Positions 10,350-20,075 of a stretch of 64,000 bases of DNA are shown one piece after another; position 1 is the stretch's first letter; the number at the start of each line of letters is the position of its first letter. The DNA lies in contig OZ245843.1 in the NCBI GenBank assembly GCA_965228875.1, forward strand, positions 2,152,616 to 2,216,615, read 5' to 3'. This stretch comes from Thalassobaculaceae bacterium. GTDB taxonomy: Bacteria; Pseudomonadota; Alphaproteobacteria; Thalassobaculales; Thalassobaculaceae. The position numbers and the translations under genes are program-made. The notes beneath the pieces were generated by a model. The model was not told the DNA's origin. It searched no databases and was given only the letters and a program-made list of their open reading frames with translations.

Positions 10350-11833
10350 TGGCGGTCGAGGAACCAGTCGGGAATCTGCGGCCGCGTCGCCAGAGCCGCC
10401 CGCGCACGTGAGAACAGGGTGTCGGGAAACGCGACCCGACCGGTCCGCCGATCGAAGTGCGCGACCATCATCTCCGCCGCCTGCGCCAGGTCCTCCGCCG
10501 TGTTGTCGGCGAGGACGAGGTCGTGCAGGACCGCGTTGGACGCCTCGAGGATGTCGGCGTGCTCGCGGGAGAACACCTCGAACGGCACCGTCTCGCCCGA
10601 CACCGCCTTCAGCACCTTTGGCAAGGCCACCGTCGTTGGCGTGCAGACCAGATGCGCCAGGGTCGGAAAGTTGGTGAACAGGACCGGCCGGCCGAACATC
10701 AGCGGAATGAAGGACATCCCCGAGGACGTCCCGATGTGGAAGCTGCACCGACTGGCCAGGTAGACATCCATCCGGTCCGACTTCGCGGCGGTGAACGGAT
10801 AGTCGACCAGTCCGTCGATCGCTGGCGCCGGCGCCATCGAGGAATCGCCCAACCGAACCACCCTGAAACCAGCCGCCACTAGCCGGCGGACCGCCGCGCC
10901 GTAGGTGTCGAACCGGGCATCGCGCAGCCGCATCATCGACCCGAGATTGTCGTTATATCCGCCCTCCCGAACGTGGACCGTGACGATGGGATCGTTCGGC
11001 CCGATGCCGAGACCGGCGAGCGCCTCCACGCCGTGCGCCGCGAGGTCGGGATCCGGCGTCAGGAACGGCGACGCGCCCGTCCAGCGCCGCGCCGCCTCGG
11101 AGACCAGCTCGCTCATGGTCGCGCTGCCGCCCGCCGCCAGAGCGTAGCGTTTGCGCGCGCTGATCATCTCGGCGTAGGCGATGCCCGGCGGCATCTCGTC
11201 GATCATGCGCGGCTCGAACCGCTCCCACAGGGCGGGGTTTCGGGTACTGCCCTTGAGCATCGCGATCGCAGGCGCCTGGATGTATCCGGCGTCCCGCAGG
11301 GTGAGCAGCGTGGCGGCATAGGCGAAATGGCCGACATTGCTGCTGAAGGTCGAGGACAGGATCCACCGGTCCCCCTGGGCACGCCAGACCTCGTCGATCT
11401 GACGGCGCAGTTCCGACACCCGCAACGCCTCGTCCGCCGCCCGCAGACTGAGCAGATGGGACTCCGCGCCGTCCAGCATGGTGCCGACGAACACCATGCC
11501 CTGGGTCTCGTTGACCGGCGGCATCGACAACTCGCCGTCGACCAGGCACTCCTTGAGCCAGACCGCGAAGGGCGGATACAGCGCCCGGGCCCTCGGCGAG
11601 TTCGTCAGCGTCTCCGGATCGGGCAGTCGGCCGCGCGTGGCGATCAGAAAGACCGCGAGATACTCGAAGACGGTGACGAAATAGGCGAACCGAAACACGT
11701 ACTTCAGCAGCCCGGCGGCCTCGTCCGCCGTCACCTCGCCCCGGTACAGGGCCAGGAGAATGCGCCGGGCGATCATGCGCTCGTCGCCGGCGTGCTGGAT
11801 GATGAACTTTCGCAGGGTGTCGATCGGAAGCAT
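10328..11833 (-). CDS. TIGR04372-type putative glycosyltransferase (paralog 1)
   Basis: VTVHVREGGY, VVRLGD, DYPFT..KSDRMDVYL, HIGTSSG..FIP.MFGRP.LFTN motifs. Confidence 0.82.
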   Translation of the reverse strand: MLPIDTLRKFIIQHAGDERMIARRILLALYRGEVTADEAAGLLKYVFRFAYFVTVFEYLAVFLIATRGRLPDPETLTNSPRARALYPPFAVWLKECLVDGELSMPPVNETQGMVFVGTMLDGAESHLLSLRAADEALRVSELRRQIDEVWRAQGDRWILSSTFSSNVGHFAYAATLLTLRDAGYIQAPAIAMLKGSTRNPALWERFEPRMIDEMPPGIAYAEMISARKRYALAAGGSATMSELVSEAARRWTGASPFLTPDPDLAAHGVEALAGLGIGPNDPIVTVHVREGGYNDNLGSMMRLRDARFDTYGAAVRRLVAAGFRVVRLGDSSMAPAPAIDGLVDYPFTAAKSDRMDVYLASRCSFHIGTSSGMSFIPLMFGRPVLFTNFPTLAHLVCTPTTVALPKVLKAVSGETVPFEVFSREHADILEASNAVLHDLVLADNTAEDLAQAAEMMVAHFDRRTGRVAFPDTLFSRARAALATRPQIPDWFLDRHYPDGSV

Positions 11834-11921
11834 CAGTCTCGAAGCCGGGCGGAAGCGTCGCCTCGACGATACGCGTATGCTAGGATTCTACCTAATGTGA
11901 AGAGTCTTCCGGATCCGGGAC

Positions 11922-12953
11922 ATGACTGATTTCAAAACGAAGATGCAGGCACGCCGGATCGCGGTTGAGGATCCGACTGACGTCTCGGCCCTCGCCGGCG
12001 GCTACTGGCCGCCCTTCGACCGGGCCGAAATGATGAGAGTGCCACTCGCGCTGAGGCGAATCGCGGCCCTGGGCATGTGCGTCGGACGAATGCCCGAGCA
12101 GGTTCTTTCCCCGCGGTTCCTGCTTTGGCGGTTGCAGGAACTGGCGAAAGTCTTCACGGAGCGCACGGGTCGGTATCGGAGCGCGAAGGAGTGGTCGCTG
12201 ACGCTGTCGAACGGCAAGACCGTCCGATTCCCGCTCGACGATCCGTCGGCCGTCGTCTTCAAGGAGATGGCCGGGAACTATGCGCCATACTACGAGAAGG
12301 CGATGGCGGACTATCTCATCGACCATCTCGAACCGGGCGACGTCTTCGTCGACGTCGGCGCCAATGTCGGATACGTCAGCGCCGTGGCCGCCACGACCGG
12401 AGCGGCGGTGTTCGCCGTGGAGATTCAGCGCGAACTGATCTCGCAGATCGAAGCGATGGCGACCCTCAACGAATTCGATCTGGTACGCGCCTTGCATATG
12501 GGAATGTCGTCGGCAAACGGGCTGTCCTCGATGTGGCGGACCGGGATCAACTTCGGCGCCGGGCTGGAGGGCGAGACCGTTCGCGCCATGCAGGACGAAC
12601 CGCGTTCGATTGCCGACGACTTCGTGCCGATGATGGTGCTGGACGACGTGTTTGTAGGCGAGGCGATGCGACCGAAGATCGTCAAGATCGATGTTGAAGG
12701 ACACGAGATCGACGTCCTCGCCGGCGCGCGACGTCTGATCGAGGAACACAGGACGACCTTCATCGTCGAGTATCACGCCCACCTGATCCCTCTCTTCAAC
12801 CGGAGTGCGGATGAACTAACCGCGTCCTTCGGAACCGATGGGTGGGCCTGGTCCCAGTTGACCGATGACGGGCTGATCCGCATCAGCGGCATGGAAGATG
12901 TGAAGCCGGACGAGCGCGATCCCAATCCAAAGCTCGTCTTCGAACCCATCTGA
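11922..12953 (+). CDS. FkbM family methyltransferase (paralog 2)
   Basis: FVDVGANVGY, IVKIDVEGHE and VEYH motifs. Confidence 0.9.
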   Translation: MTDFKTKMQARRIAVEDPTDVSALAGGYWPPFDRAEMMRVPLALRRIAALGMCVGRMPEQVLSPRFLLWRLQELAKVFTERTGRYRSAKEWSLTLSNGKTVRFPLDDPSAVVFKEMAGNYAPYYEKAMADYLIDHLEPGDVFVDVGANVGYVSAVAATTGAAVFAVEIQRELISQIEAMATLNEFDLVRALHMGMSSANGLSSMWRTGINFGAGLEGETVRAMQDEPRSIADDFVPMMVLDDVFVGEAMRPKIVKIDVEGHEIDVLAGARRLIEEHRTTFIVEYHAHLIPLFNRSADELTASFGTDGWAWSQLTDDGLIRISGMEDVKPDERDPNPKLVFEPI

Positions 12954-13063
12954 GGCGCCATGCCAGAACCCAACCTCACCTCTACTGCAACCGATCAGGC
13001 GATGCCCGGTCCCCCGGTCTCCGGGGCGCGGCGCATTCCCCTGCCCCGCGGGAGGAGCGCGCG

Positions 13064-14239
13064 GTGACCCCCGGGAGCCTCGACGTCGCCATGATCAACC
13101 GCCCGTTCCTCAATTTCTATACGAGCCACGGGATCTCACCGGTACGCCAGGACATCTCCGACCTGACCGCTCATTTCAGGCGGCGTGGCGCGCTGTATCA
13201 CAGCCTCGGCCTGCCACCGATCGCGGTACGCGGCCGCCAGGTGCTGGAACTCGGACCGGGGACCGGACAGAACGCCCTGGCGACCCTGTCGTACGACCCC
13301 GCCAGCTTGACCCTGGTCGACGGCAACCCGAGCAGTCTGGACGCCTGCCAGCGCAATCTGTCACCACACATCGACGGCCGGACCGATATCCGCTTCATCC
13401 AGTCGCTGATCGAGAACTTCCAGAACGACACCACCTACGACATCGTCCTGTGCGAAGGCGTCATCCCGTTCCAGGTCGATCCGGTCACCTTCGCGCGGTC
13501 GCTGTCCCGCTACGTGGCGCCCGGCGGTGTCCTGGTGATCACCTGCATCGACGGCGTCCAGTTCATGGGAGAGACCACCCGTCGGCTGATCGCCGACAGC
13601 CTGATCCCGTTCGACACGCTGGCGCGTCAGCGTCACGACGCCCTACGGGCGGTCTTCGCGCCGCATCTGAACAGCCTGCGCGGCATGACCCGATCGCATA
13701 CCGATTGGATCTACGACAATCTGCTGATCCCCTATACCGGGCGCCTGTTTGGTATTTCGGACGCCATCGCCGCCCTCGGTGACGAGTTCGACATTCTTGG
13801 CGCCTCTCCCGATTTCGCGGTGGACTGGCGCTGGTACAAGACGATGACGAACGGAGATCCGGGCTTCAATGCCGTGTTCCTGGATCAGTATCGTCGCAAC
13901 ATCATGAACTTCCTGGATTATCGGGTTGTCCTCCCGGCGCAGGACGAGACCGTCGGTTCGCGTCTGCTGACCCTGGCGGACAGCCTGTTCGACATCACCG
14001 TCGACATGGAAACACGGGCCGCGAACGATCGCCTGCCGGAGGTCCTGGGAATCCTGGACGAGATCGTCGGCCTCATACCGCCGGACAATACGGTTACACG
14101 CACCAGCCTTCGGGAACTCCGCGCATTCCTCACGAACCCGTCGCTTGGCGCTGCGATCGGCGGGCTGAATTCGTTCTCGAGCTTTTTCGGCAGGGGCCAG
14201 CAGTACCTGAGCTTCGCACGCCGCACCGATCACCCCTGA
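13064..14239 (+). CDS. Class I SAM-dependent methyltransferase
   Basis: VLELGPGTGQN, YDIVLCEG and VAPGGVL motifs; GGAGGAG RBS. Confidence 0.85.
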   Translation: MTPGSLDVAMINRPFLNFYTSHGISPVRQDISDLTAHFRRRGALYHSLGLPPIAVRGRQVLELGPGTGQNALATLSYDPASLTLVDGNPSSLDACQRNLSPHIDGRTDIRFIQSLIENFQNDTTYDIVLCEGVIPFQVDPVTFARSLSRYVAPGGVLVITCIDGVQFMGETTRRLIADSLIPFDTLARQRHDALRAVFAPHLNSLRGMTRSHTDWIYDNLLIPYTGRLFGISDAIAALGDEFDILGASPDFAVDWRWYKTMTNGDPGFNAVFLDQYRRNIMNFLDYRVVLPAQDETVGSRLLTLADSLFDITVDMETRAANDRLPEVLGILDEIVGLIPPDNTVTRTSLRELRAFLTNPSLGAAIGGLNSFSSFFGRGQQYLSFARRTDHP

Positions 14240-14298
14240 AGTCGGGTAGGGGAGACGCGATCACAGGCCGCTTGCAGCAAATCGGCCGGGGGGCCTGT

Positions 14299-15798
14299 CT
14301 ACCGTACCGGGGCGATCGCCGGAGCGATCTTGAGGATCGAATTGGCGAACACCGAGCGGGTCTCCGCGACCTCGGCCTCCGGAACGGCGAGCCGACCGGT
14401 GGCCGGATCCATGCTGTTATCCATGAACATGGCTGCGTCCAGCAGTTCCTCCGGCGTGTTGTTCACGTAACTCGCATTGAGGAAATCGGCGTCGCACCGT
14501 TCGAAGATCCAGCCGTAGCGGTTGCAGTACTCCGGCATCGTAACCCTTTCGCCATCCGCTCCTAGCAGTCCTTTTGGCAAGGTCACCACATTCGGGGCGC
14601 ACACCACATGCGCCATTGCCGACCAGTTGGAGAACAGGACCGGTCGCCCGAACATCAGTGGGATGAACGACATGCCCGACGACGTCCCGATGTGGAACCA
14701 GCACCGCGACGCCAGGTATACGTCCATCCAGTCCGATTTCCGGTCCGTGAAGGGATAATCGATCACACCGGGCCAGTCCGGCAGCGGCTTCATCGTCTCG
14801 TCGCCAAGCCGCACGACCGCGTAACCGCGCTCGACCAGATAGCGCGTCGCCAGTTCATAGCTCGCGATGTCGGCGTCCCGTGGAGCCATACGATCGGCAA
14901 CCTCGGAATAGTAGCCCGACTCACGGACATGCAGGGTGACGACCGGAGTGCCGTCGGCGATACCCAGCTCCGCAAGGCCCGCCTCTCCCCGCTCCCGGGT
15001 CTGAGAGTCTATGGTCAAGAATGGCCGTTCGTTCGCCCAGTAGGTGGCGGCCGCACTCACCACCTCGCTCATCCGCATGCTGGAGCCGTCCGCCAACCGG
15101 TGCCGCTTGAACCCGCTGATCTGCTCGATGAACTGTGTTTCCGGCGGGGCACTGTCGACGATGTATTCGGCGAAGGCCCGGTACATGAACGCGTTCATCG
15201 TCTGACCGCTCAAAGCCTTGATCGGCTGTCCGGTAAGGTGCCCCCGGCGGTTCATTTCGATGATGCTGGCGAAGTACGCGAAATGGCCGATGTTGTGCAC
15301 GTAGCTGGACGAGAATATCCAGTCGGCCGACTGCGTCTGATAGAAGCGGTCGATTGTCGAGTGGAGTTGAGAGGCCGCTTCCGCGACATCGAACTCGCAC
15401 AGGCTGGAGAAGTGGCGAACCACGCCCTCCAGAATCTGCGACACCAGCTTCGATGCCTGCAGCCCCCCGAACGGCGGCAGCGACGGCTTGCTGCGGACCA
15501 GGCAGTTGAACAGCCACTCCGAGACCGCCGGATACAACCGGTCGACCAGTTCGAGACGACCGAACTCGGCGCGGTCGGGGGTCCGGCCGTTGGTTACGAT
15601 GGCGTAGACGCAGGCGTACTCGAACACCTCTACACAGTTAGACAGCTTGAAGACGAAACGCAGGTAGCGGGCTTGCCCGGCGGCATTGAGCTCGCCGTCG
15701 CGCAGCGCCAGCAGGACCCGGCGGGCCACGGCCTGCCGGTCGTTGAGATGACGAAGGATGTAGCGATCCAGGTCGGCGATCCGCTCGCGTGGCGCCAT
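14299..15798 (-). CDS. TIGR04372-type putative glycosyltransferase (paralog 2)
   Basis: VTLHVRESGY, VVRLGD, KSDWMDVYLASRC and HIGTSSGMSFIPLMFGRP; colinear with 10328-11833. Confidence 0.82.
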   Translation of the reverse strand: MAPRERIADLDRYILRHLNDRQAVARRVLLALRDGELNAAGQARYLRFVFKLSNCVEVFEYACVYAIVTNGRTPDRAEFGRLELVDRLYPAVSEWLFNCLVRSKPSLPPFGGLQASKLVSQILEGVVRHFSSLCEFDVAEAASQLHSTIDRFYQTQSADWIFSSSYVHNIGHFAYFASIIEMNRRGHLTGQPIKALSGQTMNAFMYRAFAEYIVDSAPPETQFIEQISGFKRHRLADGSSMRMSEVVSAAATYWANERPFLTIDSQTRERGEAGLAELGIADGTPVVTLHVRESGYYSEVADRMAPRDADIASYELATRYLVERGYAVVRLGDETMKPLPDWPGVIDYPFTDRKSDWMDVYLASRCWFHIGTSSGMSFIPLMFGRPVLFSNWSAMAHVVCAPNVVTLPKGLLGADGERVTMPEYCNRYGWIFERCDADFLNASYVNNTPEELLDAAMFMDNSMDPATGRLAVPEAEVAETRSVFANSILKIAPAIAPVR

Positions 15799-15841
15799 GG
15801 TCAGAACGTCTCCCCTCTACCCGCGTTCCGCCGCAGCAGAC

Positions 15842-17305
15842 CTAGCCTTCGATCTTTCCGGTGATGGGGTTGAACGGGGTCGGGAAGCGGCCGGACGGCT
15901 TGATGTAGTCGTACGGCGCGCGGGCCAGGAACCGGCCCCAGCCGGCCTCGCAGCCGACCTCGCCCTCGCTCCAGACCACCTTGCCCCGCGACAGGGTCAC
16001 CGACGGCCAGCCGGTCACCGCCATGCCTTCGTAGGGGGTGTAGTCGGTGTCGTGGTGCAGCATGTCCTGGCTGATGGTGACCTGCTTCTCGGCGTCCCAG
16101 ATCACGATGTCGGCGTCGGCGCCGATTCCGATCCGGCCCTTCTGCGGATACAGGCCGAACAGCTTGGCCGCATTGGTCGAGGTGATGGCGACGAAGGTCT
16201 GCAGGTCGATCCGGCCCTTCACGACGCCCTCGGAGAAGGCGATGGGCATGCGCGTCTCCAGCCCGGGCACACCGTTGGCGATCTGACTGAACGGCGCGTT
16301 GTCGCCGGCCCAGAACTTGCCGTCCGGCGTGTCGATGTTGTACGGCGCGTGGTCGGACGTGACATTGCCGATCGTGCCGAGACGGACGTGGTTCCAGAGC
16401 GCCTCCTGATCGGCGACCGAGCGCGGCGCCGGGGAGCAGAGGACCCGGGCCCCGACCCGCTGGTCGTCGCCGTCCAGGTCGTCGGCGGTCAGCACGAAAT
16501 ACTGCGGACAGGTCTCGGCGAAGACCTTCACGCCGCGGGCCTGGGCGCGACGGATCTCCTCGGCCGCCTCCTCGCAGGTGACGTGGAAGATCTGAATTGG
16601 CAGATCCATCAGCTCCGACAGCATGATGACCCGCTGGCACGCCTCGCGCTCGACCAGGGGCGGCTTGCACCAGGCGTGGTACTTGGTCTGACCGAAGCCG
16701 TTTCCGATCAGCTTCTCGGTCATGTACATGATCGCGTCGTGGTTTTCGGCATGCACGCAGACCAGCGCCTGGTGGCGGCGCGCGGTCTCGAAGATCCGCA
16801 GGATCTCCCGGTCGTCGACCCGGTTCTTCGGATACGTCATGAACAGCTTGAGCGAGCGGTGGCCGGCCTCGATCAGGGCCGGGATCTCGTCGTTCATCAC
16901 CGCATCCGAGGGATCGTTGATGATGATGTGGAAGCTGTAGTCGATGCAGGCTTGCTTCGCCTTCTCGTGATAATCCTCGACCATGTGGGTGACGCCCTTG
17001 CCCTTTTCCTGGGCGGCGAAGGCGATCACGGTCGTCGTGCCACCGCAGGCGGCCGAGCGGGTGCCGCTCTCCCAGGTCTCGGCGTTCTGCCCGCCGCCGG
17101 AGGACGGTTGCTCGATATGGCAGTGGCTGTCGACGCCGCCGGGCAGGACATAGCGGCCACCGGCATCGATCGTGCGGGAGGCCGAACCGGAAAGGTCCTC
17201 GGCGAGCGCGACGATGCGCCCGTCCCTGATGCCCACGTCGGCCTTCTGCGTGTCGGCCGCGTTGACCACGGTTCCGTCCTTGATGATGACGTCGAAATCG
17301 CTCAC
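15842..17305 (-). CDS. hydA: Dihydropyrimidinase / D-hydantoinase
   Basis: GGVDSHCH, SLKLFMTY (carbamylated Lys), VHAEN, FHVT and SDHAPY; GTG start with GGGAG RBS. Confidence 0.92.
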   Translation of the reverse strand: MSDFDVIIKDGTVVNAADTQKADVGIRDGRIVALAEDLSGSASRTIDAGGRYVLPGGVDSHCHIEQPSSGGGQNAETWESGTRSAACGGTTTVIAFAAQEKGKGVTHMVEDYHEKAKQACIDYSFHIIINDPSDAVMNDEIPALIEAGHRSLKLFMTYPKNRVDDREILRIFETARRHQALVCVHAENHDAIMYMTEKLIGNGFGQTKYHAWCKPPLVEREACQRVIMLSELMDLPIQIFHVTCEEAAEEIRRAQARGVKVFAETCPQYFVLTADDLDGDDQRVGARVLCSPAPRSVADQEALWNHVRLGTIGNVTSDHAPYNIDTPDGKFWAGDNAPFSQIANGVPGLETRMPIAFSEGVVKGRIDLQTFVAITSTNAAKLFGLYPQKGRIGIGADADIVIWDAEKQVTISQDMLHHDTDYTPYEGMAVTGWPSVTLSRGKVVWSEGEVGCEAGWGRFLARAPYDYIKPSGRFPTPFNPITGKIEG

Positions 17306-17407
17306 CGCTGTACTCCCGAAAATGTCTGCAGGTCGTTGCAGGAATTTAAGCACGCCGCACTGGGGCGGCCCAAGGGGCGACTTGCCGCCAAACGCCGGGT
17401 TCCGGCG

Positions 17408-18439
17408 TCACGCGCCGCGCGGCGGCTCGAACACGAGCTTGGGGTTCGGATCGCGGATGTCCGGCACGACCTCGTCCATCGAAGCGAGCGGCACCAGGGC
17501 GTCGTCGGTCAGCTGCGAAAGCCGCCATCCCGCCGGTACCAGCGCCGCCAGATCCTCCGCCGAACGGCCGTAGGAACGCACGAGATGGGGATGGAACTCC
17601 ACGACGAACGTGGTCGTCCCGCGCGCGATCAGGTTCCGCGCGCCCTCGAGTACGCCGATCTCGTGCCCCTCGACGTCGATCTTCACCAGTTTCGGCGCCA
17701 GGAGGTCGCTGTCGAACAGCAGATCCAGCGTCATGACCGGGACATAATCGTTCAGGACGGACGCGGGATCCTCGCCGAGCATCTTGCGCTCGAGGGCGGT
17801 CTCCAGCTTCTGCCCGGGCGAGAGGTGACCGCGCATGGCGACGGACAGCCCGGGCCGCTGCGAGGCCCCGACATGCAGGGCTCGCAGCAGATCGAAGCCG
17901 TTGACGGTGGCCACCTGCTCGATCAGCGGAATGAGTTCCCGCTGAAACTCGATGGCGAACACCGTAGCGCCGGTCGTCGCCGCCATGGCGGACACGTAGC
18001 CGACATGGGCGCCCACATCGACGAAGATGTCGCCGGGTCCCACCGTCCGGTCGATCAGCTCGAGCATCGGCCGCTCGTACAGGCCGGAGGATCCGTCGAT
18101 CAGTTCCTTGAAGGCGACCGCCGCCTGGGTCTCCAGCGGGAACGCGATCTCCTGGCCGTTCGGGGCCTTTGCCCGCCATGCCTTGGCGGCGCGATACCGC
18201 TGCATGCGGACCTGCAGGTTCTCCAGAAGCGCCCGGATCCGCGCGTCCATATAGACCAGGGCCGAGCTCTGCCCGGCCAGGACCTTCAGCCGGTTCAGCA
18301 ACCGCCCCGCCCGCGCCAGTTCTCCCCGCGTGCGCGGCGGCCAGACCGCCGCCCTCAGATCGTCGGCGCTGGACGGGTCCCGCAGCACCGACCGCCTGGC
18401 GGCGGCGCGCAGCGCCGCCGGGTTCAGATCCCCGCTCAC
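17408..18439 (-). CDS. FkbM family methyltransferase (paralog 3)
   Basis: FVDVGAHVGY and LVKIDVEGHE; ends DIRDPNPKLVFEP like paralog 2. Confidence 0.9.
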   Translation of the reverse strand: MSGDLNPAALRAAARRSVLRDPSSADDLRAAVWPPRTRGELARAGRLLNRLKVLAGQSSALVYMDARIRALLENLQVRMQRYRAAKAWRAKAPNGQEIAFPLETQAAVAFKELIDGSSGLYERPMLELIDRTVGPGDIFVDVGAHVGYVSAMAATTGATVFAIEFQRELIPLIEQVATVNGFDLLRALHVGASQRPGLSVAMRGHLSPGQKLETALERKMLGEDPASVLNDYVPVMTLDLLFDSDLLAPKLVKIDVEGHEIGVLEGARNLIARGTTTFVVEFHPHLVRSYGRSAEDLAALVPAGWRLSQLTDDALVPLASMDEVVPDIRDPNPKLVFEPPRGA

Positions 18440-18507
18440 GTCACCGTCACTCCCGGTGCGGCCTCGACTGGCCGGATGTTAGCACGCCCGCCCGCCGGGC
18501 CGATCCC

Positions 18508-19119
18508 TCAACCGACCGCGCGCGCCAGCAGATCCGCCGCCTCGTTCAACAGCGCCTGCTGGGCCTCGGCATAGCGGCTACGGTCTGCCTCGTCGGGAAT
18601 CGACCCGAGGTTGGCGTCGACGTTCAGCAGGATCGACCGGCAGGATGCCTCGAGCAGGTTCGCCCCGGCGAAGACGTCGCTCATGATGGTCGGACGGCAG
18701 ATCGCCCGCGCCTCGACCGCGATCTTCAGCCCCTCGATACAATGGGCCGCCGCGGCGACCGGCACGGCGGTGGAATTGACCGCCGCCCGCCCCATGGCGG
18801 CCTTGCGCGCGGCGACCTCCTCCTCCGTCCCCTTCGGCATTTTCAGCGTTGCCATATACGAGGAGAACGACTCGATATCGGCGACGAAACTCGCCTTGAG
18901 CTCGGCAATCACGGTGCGGCCGCGCTCGATGAGGGCGACGAACGCCGTCGTGTCCTCGGCCTTCTTGATCGACACCTCAAGCGCCATGACGACCAGGCCC
19001 ATTCCGGCGGCAGCGGTGTAGGCGCTGACCGAGCCGCCACCGGGAACCGGCGCGTCGCTGGCGATGGCCTCGAGAAAGGCGCCGATCGGCTGGTCGAAGG
19101 TCGTATCGTCGGTCATCAT
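18508..19119 (-). CDS. Cyclodeaminase/cyclohydrolase family protein (FchA / FTCD C-terminal-like)
   Basis: FLEAIASDAPVPGGGSVSA, TLKMPK, IMSDV and LLNVDANL motifs. Confidence 0.88.
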   Translation of the reverse strand: MMTDDTTFDQPIGAFLEAIASDAPVPGGGSVSAYTAAAGMGLVVMALEVSIKKAEDTTAFVALIERGRTVIAELKASFVADIESFSSYMATLKMPKGTEEEVAARKAAMGRAAVNSTAVPVAAAAHCIEGLKIAVEARAICRPTIMSDVFAGANLLEASCRSILLNVDANLGSIPDEADRSRYAEAQQALLNEAADLLARAVG

Positions 19120-19961
19120 TGCCCGAGCCCCTGGAGGTTCATGCATTTCAGGAGATTGGCGAAGATCAGGGCCGAGGTGACGCGACCGACGCCGCCGGGC
19201 ACCGGAGTGTAGGCATGGACCGCGTCGGCCGCGTCGGCATCGAAGTCCCCGACCAGCCTGTCATCCTTGTAGGCGATCCCGGCATCGACGACGACATGGT
19301 CCGACGTCACGTTCCCGGCGTTCAGCAGCCCCGGACGTCCGGTGGCGGCAAACACCACCCGGCACGGCGCGATCGCCGCGCCAAGGTCGGCCGTGCGGCT
19401 GTGGGCGACGGTGACGGTGGCGCTTCGGTTGATGAGCATCGCCGCCAACGGTTTGCCGACGGTCGGACCGCGCCCGACCACGGCCGCGCTGACGCCCGCC
19501 AGCGGCCCCACGGTCTCGGCCAGCCGGATACAGGCCTGAGGCGTCGCCGGGCAGATCGCCTCGGCCTCGCGGTTCTGCTGGATCAGTCCCTGGTTCAGGG
19601 TGGTCAGGCCGTCGACATCCTTGTGCGGATCGAGGATGGACAGCACCCGGTCATGGTCGAGGCCGTCGCGCACCGGAAGCTCCACCATCACGCCGTGGAT
19701 CGCCGGATCGTCGTTTGACCGACGGATCAGGTCCTCGAACGCCGCCTGATCCCGGTCGGCGCCGAATTCCACCACTTCCATCGCGATGCCGAGGGTACCG
19801 GCCTGCTTCACCTTGGAGCGGACGTAGGACAGCACCGCCGCATCGTCGGTGGCGACGATCACCCGGATGGTGGGCTCGACTCCGTTCGCCTTATGCGCCT
19901 CGACCGCGGCGGCGACCTCCGCCCTGATCCCATCGACGATGCCCTTGGCTTCGATCTTCAT
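19116..19961 (-). CDS. folD: Methylenetetrahydrofolate dehydrogenase FolD family
   Basis: YVRSK, KDVDG, PATP, VGRG..VGKP, TVAHSRT and TPVPGGVG motifs. Confidence 0.92.
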   Translation of the reverse strand: MKIEAKGIVDGIRAEVAAAVEAHKANGVEPTIRVIVATDDAAVLSYVRSKVKQAGTLGIAMEVVEFGADRDQAAFEDLIRRSNDDPAIHGVMVELPVRDGLDHDRVLSILDPHKDVDGLTTLNQGLIQQNREAEAICPATPQACIRLAETVGPLAGVSAAVVGRGPTVGKPLAAMLINRSATVTVAHSRTADLGAAIAPCRVVFAATGRPGLLNAGNVTSDHVVVDAGIAYKDDRLVGDFDADAADAVHAYTPVPGGVGRVTSALIFANLLKCMNLQGLGQ

Positions 19962-20075
19962 CGGCTTTCCCCGTCTCAGCTCGGCGATCACGCCGTCCGC
20001 ATAGCGCGCCTTTTAGCGCCGCCGTGGCGCGAGCGCGACCCCCGGTGTCGGAATGGGACCGCCGGCGTCCGACCG

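Noticed and set aside
12960..13067. 35-aa ORF overlapping the methyltransferase start
   Set aside because: Pro/Arg-rich with a weak RBS; expected by chance in GC-rich DNA.
14299..14340. Second TIGR04372 paralog as a truncated pseudogene
   Set aside because: It ends only a few residues earlier than its paralog, and all core motifs are intact.
19962..20075. Folate or ZTP riboswitch upstream of folD (also checked upstream of soxB and ilvE)
   Set aside because: No recognisable aptamer consensus by eye; an Rfam scan would be decisive.
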